DNA of 64,000 nucleotides from Tubiluchus corallicola (taxonomy: Eukaryota > Animalia > Priapulida), in NCBI GenBank assembly GCA_030141605.1, contig JAQGDQ010000211.1:146885-210884 (forward strand), read 5' to 3'. Positions 1 to 14,688 of this stretch are shown here, piece after piece; positions within the stretch are counted from its first letter, which is position 1, and each line of letters opens with the position of its first letter. The notes beneath the pieces were generated by a model, which saw only the letters and a list, made by a program, of their open reading frames with translations, was not told where the DNA came from and made no database searches. The translations under genes were made by a program, and so were the position numbers.

Positions 1-374
1 TGCAAAAAACTTACTGGCAGGAGCTACTGCTGTTTTAACCCAATTTTTTATTTTTTGTGTTCATTCTTGTCCTAGGAGATCTAGAATTTAAAAGAAATAT
101 TTTTTTTAAATTCGGTACTATTAAATTCTATTTGCACCACTAAATTTATTTTAAAAACAAAATTCCTTAGCTTTCCATTCTATATAGAGTGATTTGACAG
201 ACATTTAGTTTTGTCTCCGCAAGATGGCAGCACGAGATTAGGCATCAAACCCAGGTTTTTGCTGTTTCCAATAGCACATTTTAGATTTAGTATTCTGCAC
301 TGTTGTGCACCTATATGTAGAAATGTAAAAAAATAATTACATTTTCATCTAAAATGCTTTTATTAAAATAGAGG

Positions 375-414
<40 letters not shown>

Positions 415-1142
415 GGACGGAGGGAGAGAGTGATACTGGTGTTGTAATACAAACGTCCCTGGTTCGAATCTGAGTTCAGGAAAAGTTTTTCACATTTGTG
501 GTTATGTAAGTCTTTGAGCTAAATTTTTATAAGCTCCTTGTCTGAGCTAACACAAAAGTCCCTGGTTCGAATCAAAGTTCAGGATGAACTTTTTCATATT
601 TGTGGTTTGCGAACTTCATCACTGAGTTAATGATGAGAATGGCTTCTTTTTGACAGCCCTCTTCTTTTTTCAATGTGTTTTACTTCTCAGTCTTCTACGT
701 CTAATTTGCGTACGCAGAAAGTTCAAGCAGAGGTAAGGTAATTTTCTCATTTCATGATGCAAAACCATGAATGTCTGTTAGTCGAGCCGTCAAATTACAG
801 AAAAGCATTATTTTTCCATCATCCTAACCAAAGCAATTCAAGTAATTATTACGAAATCTAATATTTCGAAATCTAACTGATAGATTTGGCTCGGATAACC
901 ATTAAGAGGTACTAATTTCAGCTGGTGATTCCCCCTCCCCCCCCCCCCCCGTGAAATAATCTTGAAAGTATCACTAAGATGCGATGCGTCGCTGGCTCAA
1001 TACTCTGATTAAATATTCATTGTTGTAGGCAGATAATATGCGGGGTAATATGATAATCTGTCGTGACATTTGTACTACCTTAAATATTGCAAGCGTAAGT
1101 AAGTTTAGTTAGAATTAGCTGTGGTCCTCTTCGTATGAGCTA

Positions 1143-2298
1143 GTTTTAGAAGTTTTAGCTTTCAGTTTATTACTTAAGCAGGGAAATGTTAAGGAATTTT
1201 TGTACAAAATTGGACAGGCTCCTAATAATAGCACATGTAACTGCTTATTAAGACAGTGTGTCAGTGATATAAAATTGCAAGACGAAATTTTTAAGCTTTA
1301 TTTAGGAAGTGTTCTCTTGTCTTTTAAGTTAGACATTTGGCCTGCTGTACCGTAATATATTCAGCAAGTTGGTCTAAAATTGAAAATTTGAAGGCAATAG
1401 TATGCAGATACAGCCAGAAAGTTAAAAAATTAAGTTTTGTACAGCAAATTTAACACATTAATCAAAATGTGGACAAATAGATGTCGCCACAAGTACCAAT
1501 GTACAAACACCAGTATTAACCCGATAAGTTTTTAATACGCCCATGCAATTCTCTGTCTCTTTGGGCAGGAGAAAATTAGAAGTTTTAGCTTTCAGTTTAT
1601 TACTTAAGCAGGAAAATTTTAAGGAATTTTTGTACAAATTTGGGCAGGCTCCCAATAGCACATGTAACTGCATATTAAGCCCTCAATCTGTACATCATTT
1701 ATTATTTGAATGTACATTAGTAAACCAAGGCAAAAGAAATGATTTTATTAGCCCTCTGCCTACGTTAGATTCGGACTATGTTTTCTCTAGCCGGGATAAT
1801 AATGCTATAAATGCTTTTGCAAATCTTATCTCGGATGAATTCCTATCGTCTTTCGCGCGTATATAAACAGTCTGTTGGTGATGAAATTTTACAACTCTCG
1901 TCGTGTTTTCTATATGCTGTTTTGTTTTTATTTATGATTATGTGAATTTGCATTAGAATTGGTAATTATGTTTATTGTAATTGTACTCGCTGTTTTTCAT
2001 TGTGTATAATGTGTGTAAATTTTTGTTACTAAGTGTTAAAATATGTTCGTTATCGTTTATTATGTATGTATGTAGTGTTGGATTATAATTTGTAACTATG
2101 TCTATTGTATATGATCGCTGTCGTTCAATGTGTCTCATGTGTTGGATTCTAAATTATATATGTATATATATATATATATGTGAATAGGTTTAATACGTTG
2201 TAAATGCTTTTAGAAATTTGAAACATATCCCTACAAATAGAGGGTATGTGTTCTGTACATAGTTTTTAAAAATAAAGAATTATAATAATAATAATAAT
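1143..2298 (+). mobile_element. 5'-truncated LINE (R1/I-group-like) 3' end, chimeric copy
   Basis: ORF 1543-1866 has the C-terminal zinc knuckle FKEFLYKFG..CNC..QSVHHLLFEC. AATAAA plus (ATA)n tail. TSD C(G/A)TATGAGCTA at 1132-1142 and 2299-2309. Confidence 0.8.
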
Positions 2299-5200
2299 CA
2301 TATGAGCTAAACTGGGGTGAACAAGCCTTTTCACAGTTCTAAAGATTGATGATGATCGTGAAAAGGTCAAAGGTTAAGTGTAGCAGACAACACATTTGCA
2401 TACACTTGACAACGCCTCACAGCCCATGCTATTGTAATAGTAACAGTTTTAACAGTTAGCTAGAACCTTACCTAATTTATTTTTTTCTTGTTCCCAAGCA
2501 ATATCCTGTAGTAAATCACTCTCTGCACAGAATGCAGTCTAGGCATAATTAAGTAAAGTCCACGTAAAACAACTGAAACTACTGAACTGGTGCGGCAGAC
2601 GGCTTTGCTTTACTCACATGTCAAGTGACGGTTATACTTAAGACGCGTTGTTGTGGTGCACTTAACTTTTGACTTACAGCAACTGCGAGTGTGCACAACA
2701 AAACAGTAAAAAGGCTTGTTGTGAGATGTTACTAATTTGTGCGAGGCTCAGTGGTCTAGGACAGCGTGATTTGGAGAACGCTTCTTGACATAATACTTTC
2801 ACCAATTAGATGTCAGTTTAATTTCAAAACGGAATTCCATGTTAGTAATCGTGTTTCCCGCGTCTATTAATGACGTCATTCATTTGAGTCTTCAAAGCAT
2901 TGTGAGCAGTTTTTATTTTTTAACATGTTTGTGCATAATTTGTGATTTGCACCAGCTGAATAGTTTCTACCCAAAAATGGAAAGTTTTTTGTACTGTTAC
3001 TAGCTGAAAAATGCATTTTGCTTTTCTCATTAATTTGACTGCATTGTGTGTACAGCCTGGCACACTTGGCAAGCCAGAATCCTGCACTTAACATTGATGG
3101 ATGTGTAAGTACTGGAACCTAGCTCGTTATCAAGATAATTTTCTAAGATGAGGCACTGAACTGATAGATGCGTCTCAGTCTCACTTAGTTTTAAATGCAT
3201 CCTTCGGCGAGGTAAACTGTCAGAACCGGCACGGCGAGTCAAACCATCCCGAGACGAGTACGAACTCTGCTGTCGCCCATCCATTTACTCGTTGCTTAAC
3301 ATTGGTTACAAAGCACACACCGTGACCTCACAGCTATTCGTCTCATCAAAGACAACAAAGTAGTTATTTCTCATTAAAATTGCACATCGTTAAATATCAG
3401 CCGTGTCGTTGTTCACATGTTGATAATAGTTTGCATGACTCAGTTTAATTACGGCAGGATTGTGATTACGCCAGCGGCGACCTCTACTCTAGCTGTGCAA
3501 TGCAATCAGTTGAAAATTGTTGTTGTGCAACATTATGTAGGCAGCAGGCATGCATGCAACCTGTTGACCAAATCACGTTTATTAATGCCACAAATTGGAC
3601 GAGTGTCAGTGTCAAACGTTCGTATTTGCTAGACTGTTCCTATTATCTACATCGGGGTGCCTGTGGTCGCAGGATATTGTAGGGAAAATATTTCCTGATA
3701 TTGCTGCATTATTATGATTCCAGCTGTGAAAGAGTTAAGCACGTTGCTGGCAGGGGGATATTATCATTCCGTTATCATTAGTTATTAAGTAACACAGATT
3801 TGCATGGAAAGCTTTTTGGGTCATAATGTAACTTTATATCACTTACATACTGCCTTTTTGCATACAGGACTTCAATCGGCAGTCACGCTGTATAAAACAT
3901 GTAAATTTAAACTCCTGTGATGACCGTTAGACGCAGCCATTTTCACGACAAGTCGTTTGAAAGAAGTTTAGATAACATTTTGTAAAGTTTGAAAAAAAAT
4001 CCGAGCATTCGTAGTGCACAAGTCACTAACTAAATAAAATTTAAAATTACTGTATCTTGTCAATAAGATTAAAAAAACGTTTTTGGTTAGTGAGTGGTGC
4101 ACCCTGGAGGGAGCGACATTTTACCAATTGGTGAAAACATTTTGAATAATTAATAATTTTCTTTTCTAGTTACGTAAATCTTTCTAGCAGGTAAGCGAAA
4201 ATCTAAGTAATATAGATTTACACGGAAAGTTTTTTGAGATATAATGTAACATTGCCTTTTCTTCCCTTGATTTACGTTTGCGTAGTGACGTCATGTAATG
4301 GCGCCGTCCGCACAGTATTGCGGGAGATTTAAAATGAAAACAAACAAAAATCCTTTCAAGGCGAGTACGATATGTGCATAAAATTGCTGTAAAGTAGTAT
4401 CATTTTTTAAGGCAATTTTTCTGAAACCTACTTCAGGTTCCCCTTTTCTTGTCCTTTAAACAATGATTCCATGGGTTAGGTAATGATTCCTTGGCTGAAA
4501 TAATGTTTTCATGGCTTAGAAATTGCTCCAAAGTTCAAAAGATGCAAACTCTTGCATTTCACTATTGTATATTATAATACTAGTTAGTTACATGTGCATT
4601 GAAGAGTCGTAGCCTTGGTTTGATGGATAGTTTCTTGCTGATTAGAATTGATTTGTCTTGCGTAAAACTGTATCAAATTGTTCAAATTGGAGTAATAAGT
4701 TTAAATGTACTCGTCATTTTTACGTCATTATGACGTCATAATGCAGAAGTCCTTTTTCTTTTTGTCATCGTCTTTAAGTAATTTAAGTCATTTACAATGA
4801 TTACATACACAATATCTAGTGAAAGGGCCTACAATGGATATAATACAAATAAGAAATACTGCACAGAAAAGCCTCAAACACTGTTCACTTATACACGAAG
4901 GTAAATGTGTTGTGGGCAATCAAGAAGCAGGGCTTGTTAGATTGTCCCACACAGTGATAGAAAAAAATGGAGATAATCTGAAAATTTAAAGTGAATCGTG
5001 ATTAAAAAAACATTAGTGCTTAAAAGGGAATGACGTAATGAATGAAGCTCATATATGGGATGATATAAAAGATAGGAAGACTATTATTTTTTAATAGTAT
5101 GTAAATTTAAAATAACTTGATTAAGCTAACAATTTATGTTCATGCAGTGCTGTTTCTTTTGGAACACCTCGTAGTTTGGGCTGCATTTCCACTATTTGTA

Positions 5201-5800
5201 TAATACATGCACAGGGCTTCGCAATAGTTACTGTGTTAGAAGTAATTATTGTGTACTGAGTAGCCATTAATAGAGCAAACTTATTAGACACTCGCGGCTA
5301 ATCGAAATCGATACATGTGGTTTATTTTATGCACAACTGTGTGCTCAGTTCTTCGTAGGTCTAGGTTTATTTTATGCACAATTGTGTGCTTAGTTCTTCA
5401 TCGGTCTGTGATCTGAGTGATTTTAAAAGCAACCCCGAGCAAGATCAGGTCTCTAGTCTACCTTGGCTTTGTTTGTGCAGTACAGAACCTCATTTCCTGT
5501 GTTGGTCAGTGGTCGTGTATAACGGAATTTACGGGAAAGCTTGGCAGGAAGTGATTTTTGTGGGATAGTTCAGCTGCTACATTAAGCCTTTTTATAAGGT
5601 ACCTTCATGGTAGATGCTCACTTTATTATGAATGGTTCTTAAACGCTGACAGTTTCGTTGTTTTCGCTTCGTTTTTATTTTGGGAATTCAACATGCAGAA
5701 TGCTGCTTATAACTTTAGTTTTTCTCGCGCCTCTTATACGTGGAATTCACTCTTAGAAAATTTTTTCTTTGAAAACTACAATCATTAGTTACATTTCGCT

Positions 5801-6200
5801 CAGACACAGACAGCTATACTACTTGCCGCTCATATAATTCCCATGTTTTACCGGAAATGATGCAGACACAAGCAGCTATACTACTTGCCGCTCATATAAT
5901 TCCCATGTTTTACCGGAAATGATGCAGACACAAGCAGCTATACTACTTGCCGTTCATATAATTCCCATGTTTTACCGGAAATGATACAGACACATGCAGC
6001 TATACTACTTGCCACTCATATAATTCCCTTGTTTTACCGGAAATGATACAGACACATGCAGCTATATTACTTGCCACTCATATAATTCCCTTGTGTTACC
6101 GGAAATGATACAGACACATGCAGCTATACTACTTGCCACTCATATAATTCCCTTGTTTCACCGGAATTGATGCAGACACAAGCAGCTATACTACTTGCAG
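5801..6200. repeat. 62-bp minisatellite, about 6.5 copies
   Basis: CAGCTATACT recurs at 5811, 5873, 5935, 5997, 6059, 6121, 6183. Confidence 0.95.
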
Positions 6201-6564
6201 CTGACGTAAGTCCCCACATAGAGAAAGAACCTCACAGCTGATGCGAATCCCTTGTATCGCAAGGATGAATTAACAAATCCCGGTAAAATCCCAGTTTGAC
6301 TCTTATACTAATGTCATAGTGACAGAATGAGGGTCAGAAGATAAGGCCGTGTCATTTATAATGCCAGCGAAGTTTTTGCATTATCTTTACCTGTTGATGA
6401 TGCAATCGCGTGCTTGTGTGTACCAGGTGAGGGCGGATTGGAGCATCCAGGTAACCAGGTAGAAAGGTGAAGAGTACGCATTAGCAACTGGAAAACAAAG
6501 ACATTCTGACCTCTCAAAGTTGTTATGGAGACAACGCTTCTAGATGCGTGGCTTTGCGTTTATT

Positions 6565-7155
6565 TAGGTCTGTCTGTTCGTCTGTCTGTCTGGAAGCCTG
6601 CACAGTAAAGTCAAAACCGATGAAGCTGTAATCACCAGACGTAGCACAGGGATACTGGGATAGATTTGCCCAACTTGAAAACCAAATTGCTTTTTGAGTT
6701 GGAAAAGTTAAAGGTCACAAGGTCAAAAGTCAAAGGTCAAAAATGTCTGCATAACACAGACATAACTGCGTGAAATGTCTGAATGAAGCTGCAATCTCTA
6801 AACTTGGCCTATTGAAGTCCTGGTAACCTATCGTTTTTTGGTTTCAAAAGGTCAAGAGTCAAAGGTCAAAAACTGTATGTCTGGACCACCGTCGAAATGG
6901 GTTAAACTTGGCTTAGGTACAGTTCGGAAAAAGGCATGAAAATCTATTGCTTTTTCGGTTAGTAAGGTCCAGTCAGAGGTCAAGGTCATGAGACGAGACA
7001 AGATCAAAATGATTTTTGTGTATAGCGACTTGATACGTGCACGTGGGTCTGCATGTGTAATAGTTACTAGTTCGTCTGTCAATCAATTAGTCCGTGCGTG
7101 AGGGATCAGAGAGGAGAGCCAATTAATCTGTCTGTTTGTCCTTCTGTTTGTCTGT
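6565..7155. mobile_element. Helentron-associated/DINE-like repeat with AGGTCA arrays
   Basis: (GTCT)n microsatellite followed by repeated AAAGGTCA motifs; similar fragments near 2360, 32456 and 33915. Family assignment is tentative. Confidence 0.45.
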
Positions 7156-7899
7156 AATACAGGCCGTTAGGTTTACGAAGCAATTAACAGTCTTATTATA
7201 GATTTTATGACTCAAATGACGTCACATTAACGTCGTTTGATCCACACGTATCAGCTTCAGGCGGGAGTGTGCGTTTCTTTTTTGCTGTTGATTAATTACT
7301 TAACCTGTGCCGTTCTATAAATTTATACGATTACCTGTTTACCACTCAACTGTTCTTTGATGTTGCCGCGACTGTAAAGGTATCTGCTGCGATTACGTTT
7401 CTACGAGATTTCAGCACTGCTCAAAGAATTGTCTTTTCCGCACGGTTGTTGCCAGGTTAAAGACGTCATAAAATGCCTGCTTTGGCAAAAGAACTTCAAT
7501 CACAACGTTTTAAAAAGTATTTATTCGATTTGTTACTAATTCCTTACCTAACCTGCTAATTGGCATTTTTAAATACCTCTAATCTCATTTGTCTGTATTA
7601 TTATCATTAATTGTTTTTATAGCTGAATATTGTTTTAACTTTGAGCTGTTTTGTATGTATTTCTCTGTCTGCACGATGCACTGCTTATTTTGTTTATTTA
7701 TTATTGATAGTTTAGTAGTCAACTGATAGTTTAGTAGTAGTCTAGTTCTAAGTTCGTTTACTATGTAAGTTGATTTCAGTTAACGCCTTATCAGTATTTA
7801 TAAGTCATTTATTTATGTATTTTTATTTCTGTTTCGTATATCTATCTATTTACTTTACACTACTACTACTGAACAGCACAAATATTATGTAATAATATT

Positions 7900-8226
7900 T
7901 TCCCGGGTACTTTGCAGAAAACTGCTCAAATAGTGCTTCTAATCTCATTTGTCTGCATAATTATCGTTAATTGTTTTTTGACTGTATATTGTTTTAACTT
8001 TGAGCTGTTTTGTATGTATTTCTCTGTCTGCGCCGTGCATGTGTTTGCGCCTCCTCGTGGTGAGTCTCGAAAGCTCACGTTCCTACTCTCCTCGAGGCTG
8101 ATTTGTACAATTTCCAAACCGTCTCTTTTTATTACTGTATTGTTATTATCGTTATGTAAATAGTTTAATGTTTTGTGTGGCAAATCAACCAAATAAAAAA
8201 CTATTGAATTGAATTGAATATTGAAT
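7900..8226 (+). mobile_element. LINE-type 3' UTR with AATAAA and (TTGAA)n tail
   Basis: The same tail occurs at 42513-42530 and 42579-42600; 7937-8031 is duplicated at 7578-7672. Confidence 0.5.
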
Positions 8227-8431
8227 AGTAGTTTAGTATGTTGGTTTTGATTCTGCTGGGTTAGGTTTTGTTTCGTTTTTCTATTGCTTATGGACGCCAT
8301 ACTTGTTTGAGTACTGTGATTTCATTCGCAATGAGTATTAGCATTGCAGCGAAAATAAATTATTATTATTATTGTTGTTGTTGTTATTATTATTATTACT
8401 ACTACTCCGAAGACGATGACGACTACTGCTG

Positions 8432-8869
8432 ATTGTTGTTGGCATCCTTCTGTCTCAGAAGACAATGGAATGTGCGCCAAAAGAGTCAGTTATTGATCAC
8501 ATAGATGGAGCTGCAGCGTCGACTGTGGCTGAGCAGTCCGATCCTTGAACCACTGGAATAGCCTCTCCAGGGTGCACGCCTGGGCAAGGTGTATGGAGAT
8601 CCTGAGTTGCCCAGACAACAGGAACCCCCTCTCTTCCTCGCTGGTGTAGTCCAAAGGAAAGCGGAACGATACGTTTGGCACAAGGTTGGCTGCAGGAGCT
8701 GCCGGAGTCAGTGAGCATGCTGCACTGGTCCGCCGTCGGGGCTCCACTCCTGATTTGAAAGGTTTACTCCTCTACACATGGCCGTTGGGTCACTTGACCT
8801 CCTCCTCCCTCTAGCCGTTGGCTGCTTGTGCAACTCCTCCGCCTAGTGTCGAGATACAGTGTGGGCATC
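8432..8869 (-). mobile_element. Headless copy of the same bipartite RTE-derived retroposon
   Basis: Colinear with 34653-35067. Contains the RTE ORF-end remnant SRIGLLSHSRRC and the 3' end GAGACAGAAGGATGCC plus an (AAC)n tail. TSD-like ACGACTACT(ACT)GCTG on both sides. Confidence 0.85.
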
Positions 8870-8990
8870 ACGACTACTACTGCTGCTGCTGCTGCTACTG
8901 CCACTACCACTGCCACTACCACTACCACTACTACTATTATTATAATTTATTCATGAATACTTCGAGTTATTTTGCTGTTTGGTGTCTTAA

Positions 8991-9444
8991 AGGGAAAGAT
9001 AAGTCACTTAGCATATAATCACCTAAACTTAGAAAAATATAGAAAAGGAATGTACAAAAACTGTCTATAAAGCATGAAGTTCATTTATACTCTCTCTGGG
9101 TAGAAATTTTCAGGCTCGGTGGTAGCTGCCATTCATGTGAAATTGTGACGTAATTGGTTGACTTCGTTACTTTTCGTAAGAGCATCGTGGCTCTCCGTAA
9201 GCGCGCGTTGCGTAAACTAATCCAAACGTTTGCGGTTTACTTAATGTTAGTACAAAATTAGATGCGCTACAAAATTGGAAGACTGCGCATTCAAAATTTG
9301 AGGGCCCAATCGTGAAACGAACACGACTTTAAAGAGATTTTATTAATTACAAGAGGCGCTTATTACAGTTTTATTTCTAAATTCTGAGATTTTTTTGTAA
9401 ATATTAAAATTTAGACAAACTTCCTAGAAGGCTTGACTTTTCCT
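8991..9444. mobile_element. TTAA-flanked Kolobok-like MITE (different family)
   Basis: TTAA-AGGGAAAGATAAG ... CTTGACTTTTCCT-TTAA. Confidence 0.55.
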
Positions 9445-9629
9445 TTAATAATGCGCCTCCCATTCATTATTCGTTAAAGCCTGTTACCTTTTCACTCTTC
9501 CTCTTTTGCCTTTCGTCTCCTTTTCTTTTTCCTCTTTCCGTATTTCGCTCGACTCTCTCCATTTGTTTGCTCTCCTCTATTTCACTTCCCTTTTCTGTTG
9601 CTTCCCCGTCAGCTATTTTCATATTGCCT

Positions 9630-9958
<329 letters not shown>

Positions 9959-10726
9959 GTCATCTGTTTTTGGTGCTTCGGCCTTTCCTGTTTTTTAACC
10001 CTCGTACGTATCTTCTTTTTCCCGCGATATCTGCTTCGTTTTGTTTCTTCTTCTTCTTCTTTTCTCTCTTTTTTTTTGCTTTACAATGCGTATCAGCAGC
10101 TCATTCAGAAATCTCTCCATGGACTTAGTGACTTATGAATCAGTAACATTAGCCATCTTTGCTTGAATAAGACAAGCCTAGTTTACGTGAAATTACCCTT
10201 CTTCGAAAAAACTGACGAAATTTACACTCTTATCGAAACATCTGCTAATGTATTAAGCCTATTACACGACGTACGAGAGTTACACAGCTCAGCTGCCAAC
10301 GACTCGTCAGAAAGTGGGATTTTTTCTGAAAGGAAATTTCTATGTTTAACCGTGACGTAAATATAATGACGAAAAATGGGTTGCTGATCATCAGATGTAG
10401 AAAAACAAATTAGGAATAATAGAAATAATGATTTTTCTGGCCTTTGTAGGGGGTAATATGATCATTTAATATTCTTAAAATGTGTTGGAATCAAGGAATT
10501 TCCAAAATTAGAGAAAATACTGCTTTAGAAACTATTCAAGGAAAATGAGTGTGAGATTATTTTACCCTTTGCAGGGTGGAATTAATTTATGTTAATATCT
10601 TCAAGCTGACACTTTTAGTTCTCTAATTTTATTGTGTGATGCGACGACGGCGCCTGTGACGTCCCTGGCGGCATCTTCCGCAATTAGCTTTTTCTAAGAT
10701 TTGATGCATTATGCATAGAAACAAGT

Positions 10727-10832
10727 GAACGTCGTGCTATTATGCATCGAAACAAGTGAACGTCGTGCTATTATGCATGGTTAATAAGCGAACGTCTTGC
10801 CATTATGCACAGGAACAAGTGAACGCCTTTGC
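10727..10832. repeat. 31-bp tandem repeat, 3-4 copies
   Basis: ATTATGCAT(A/C)GAAACAAGTGAACGTCGTGCT units. Confidence 0.85.
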
Positions 10833-11002
10833 TGTTCTTTGGAATTGAGATGCTATTTACAGAGTTAACGATGCTTTCTAGGAGGTGTTATCAATTCATT
10901 TCAGACTCGAAGGCTCCTCTACCTTTTACGGTCAACAATCTTGCATATTATTTTCTTGTTAAATTCTCCCTGGGAAAGGGGTGACTACGATCCTTAGATC
11001 GT

Positions 11003-11058
11003 AGGGAGGGAGGGAGAGAGAGAGGAGGAGAGAGAGAGAGAGGAGAGAGGGAGGGAGG

Positions 11059-11152
<94 letters not shown>

Positions 11153-11221
11153 GACAGAGAGAGAGAGAGAGGAGAGAGAGAGAGGCAGAAAGAAAGAGAA
11201 AGAGAGAGAGAGCGATGGAGG

Positions 11222-11265
<44 letters not shown>

Positions 11266-11299
11266 GAGAGGAGGAGAGAGGGAGAGAGAGAGAGAGAGA
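11003..11299. repeat. (GA)n microsatellite
   Basis: Direct reading. Confidence 0.97.
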
Positions 11300-12066
11300 T
11301 GTTAGAAAAAGTAGAAAAAAGGCATTCAAACACATGATTGCATGTACAGTTGTGCTGACTTATAAGTTGGGCAGGCAGAATTCTAAAATAAAAGAAATCT
11401 GCCTTCAGACAGGTAAACGCAGCATTAATCCAGCAGAAAAACTAGACACTGCTACGCCAGTGGCTTGTCAGCACCACTTCCGTTAAAATCTAGTCAAACG
11501 TGGTTCTCATACTTTCTGCGTACCGGCACCAAAATTATAGAATGATTTACCAATTCATGCACGTAAAATCAATAATGTCCAAATAGTTTCGTAAAACGTA
11601 TTTTTATAAAAAAAGCCTTTTTAATTAATTAGAAATTTAATATATACTTAATGATTTAATTATGGCTGATTTCTAGTGATTTTTTACATACATGTATTAT
11701 GATTTTAGTTTTATCTATAATTGCCTATTGTGTATGTATTGTTTATGTGTTAAGATTTTATGTATGTAAAATGCATTTGCACATTTTTAATGCTAATGTA
11801 TTTTAGATACTTAATCAATTATTTGTTTATTATGAACAAACAGAGGTTGCGTGGCGGTGACGCCAATGTATAGTGCTCCTTTGCAGGGTTTTTCTATCAG
11901 GTTTGAGCAAGCAAAGTTTATCACATTGTTGCAACCATGCAAGCATTCTCATGCGCCAGTGCACTAGACCTCTTGACCAAAACAGTAATTATTAATTACA
12001 TTGTATGCTTGCCGCTAGGGGCAGTAAGAATTGTTAGCAGCTCTTAGAAGCTGTGAGGAAGAGTCG

Positions 12067-12917
12067 CAATTTTTCAAGTGTGATGTGAATGATTTACGTC
12101 ACGTAACCGTATGAAGTTAACACTTTCCTCAATTTTTCAAGTGTGATGTGAGTGATTTACGTCACGCAACCGTATGAAGTTAACACTTTCCTCAATTTTT
12201 CAAGTGTGATCTGAGCGATTTACATCACGCAACCATATGAAGTTAACACTTTCCTCAATTTTTCAAGTGTGATGTGAGTGATTTACGTCACGGAGCCGTA
12301 TGAAGTTAACATTTTCTCAATTTTTCATCTGTGATGTGAGTAATTTACGTCACCCAACCGTATGAAGTTAATACTTTCCTTAATTTTTCAAATGTGATCT
12401 AAGCGATTTACATCACGCAACTGTATGAAGTTAACACCTTCCTCAATTTTTCAAGTGTGATGTGAGTGATTTACGTCACGCAGCCGTAAGAAGTTAACAC
12501 TTTCCTCAATTTTTCAAATGTGATCTAAGCGATTTACATCACGCAACTGTATGAAGTTAACACTTTCCTCAATTTTTCAAGTGTGATGTGAGTGATTTAC
12601 GTCACGCAGCCGTATGAAGTTAACACTTTCCTCAATTTTTCAAGTGTGATGTGAGTGATTTACGTCACGCAGCCGTATGAAGTTAACACTTTCCTCAATT
12701 TTTCAAGTGTGATGTGAGTGATTTACGTCACGTAACGGTATGAAGTTAACACTCCTCAATTTTTCAAGTGTGATGTGAGTGATTTACGTCACGTAACGGT
12801 ATGAAGTTAACACTTTCCTCAATTTTTCAAGTGTGATGCGAGTGATTTACGTCACGTAACGGTATGAAGTTAACACTTTCCTCAATTTTTCAAGTGTGAT
12901 GTGAGTGATTTACGTCA
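12067..12917. repeat. 63-bp minisatellite, about 13.5 copies
   Basis: Unit CAATTTTTCAAGTGTGATGTGAGTGATTTACGTCACGCAGCCGTATGAAGTTAACACTTTCCT. Confidence 0.97.
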
Positions 12918-13960
12918 TCCAGTCCCCTGGTGATTCTTTTATTAATCACACCAAACGTTTTGTATTGGACGCGCTCAAATCAAATTATGTTAATGGTTAT
13001 TGATTTTTTGTTGGTGGTGAAATGTCTAGTGACGCATGCAAGGTTGGCATTTGTCTTCCAGTTTTGCTTTAAAAATCGTTTGTCATGAGTTCAACTTTTG
13101 TTAGCAAAGTCACGCTGAAAAGTAATAGACTCGTCATTGTCCAACTTTTGTCAGTCAACTTTTTGTGACTTTTTCTGACGAAGTCGTTAGAATGTGGATG
13201 AAGAAGGTAAATTAATGGTCGCCACTCTTGGGTTAGAATTGCGCGTGTGTCAGGTGCACTAGGAAAAAAAACATTTGCCGGCGAATTTTGTTAGCAGTTA
13301 CACCGATTTTAATCGTCAGTGTGTCAGTGCCTGTAAGTTGACAGCAAAATTTTCAAAATGCAAAAAATATGTATAAACGTGACACTTTGTTGTTCGACAA
13401 AGCTGATTGATAATAATTGGAAGTGTGTCAGTGAGTTTTAGCTTGATTCGAACTCATTCCTACTTATAACGCAATTCAATCTTCTTGCTACAATAGCAGA
13501 AATCTTCAACGAGCTGCATTACATCATAATCTTCGATCTAAGAAGTGTGACAAATTCACATGTGAATTAAAAAGTAATGTTTATTTTCATCTGCTTTAAA
13601 AACGAAGCTTTAGCAGCTGCGCGTTTATACTGCCATCAAAAGTTTGATCAGCACTTAGTTTAGTCTATTAATACGTTTCTTATGGCAGTAATAATCGTCT
13701 CTTCCTCTTTGGAGAAATTTGCTGATTTTATTGGCTTGGGATGCGGACGCGACGATGTAGGTTCCTGATTCATTGCAAGTACATTTGTGAAAGGTGTTCT
13801 GGCGAAAATAGGAGTTTTTATGATAGGCCTGATGTTAATGGATAACGGCAGAAAAAAGGGTCAAAGTCATAGAAAAGAACAATTAATTTTGAGTGAAGAA
13901 GGTTTATTTTTTATAACTAGTATTAGTAGTAGCTCTGACTGTTGTTAATCAGTAGAGTGT

Positions 13961-14688
<728 letters not shown>

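Noticed and set aside
13660-13860. Myb/SANT-like ORF start (SANFSKEEETII) on the minus strand
   Set aside because: It is short, ends in stops, and has no supporting downstream motif.
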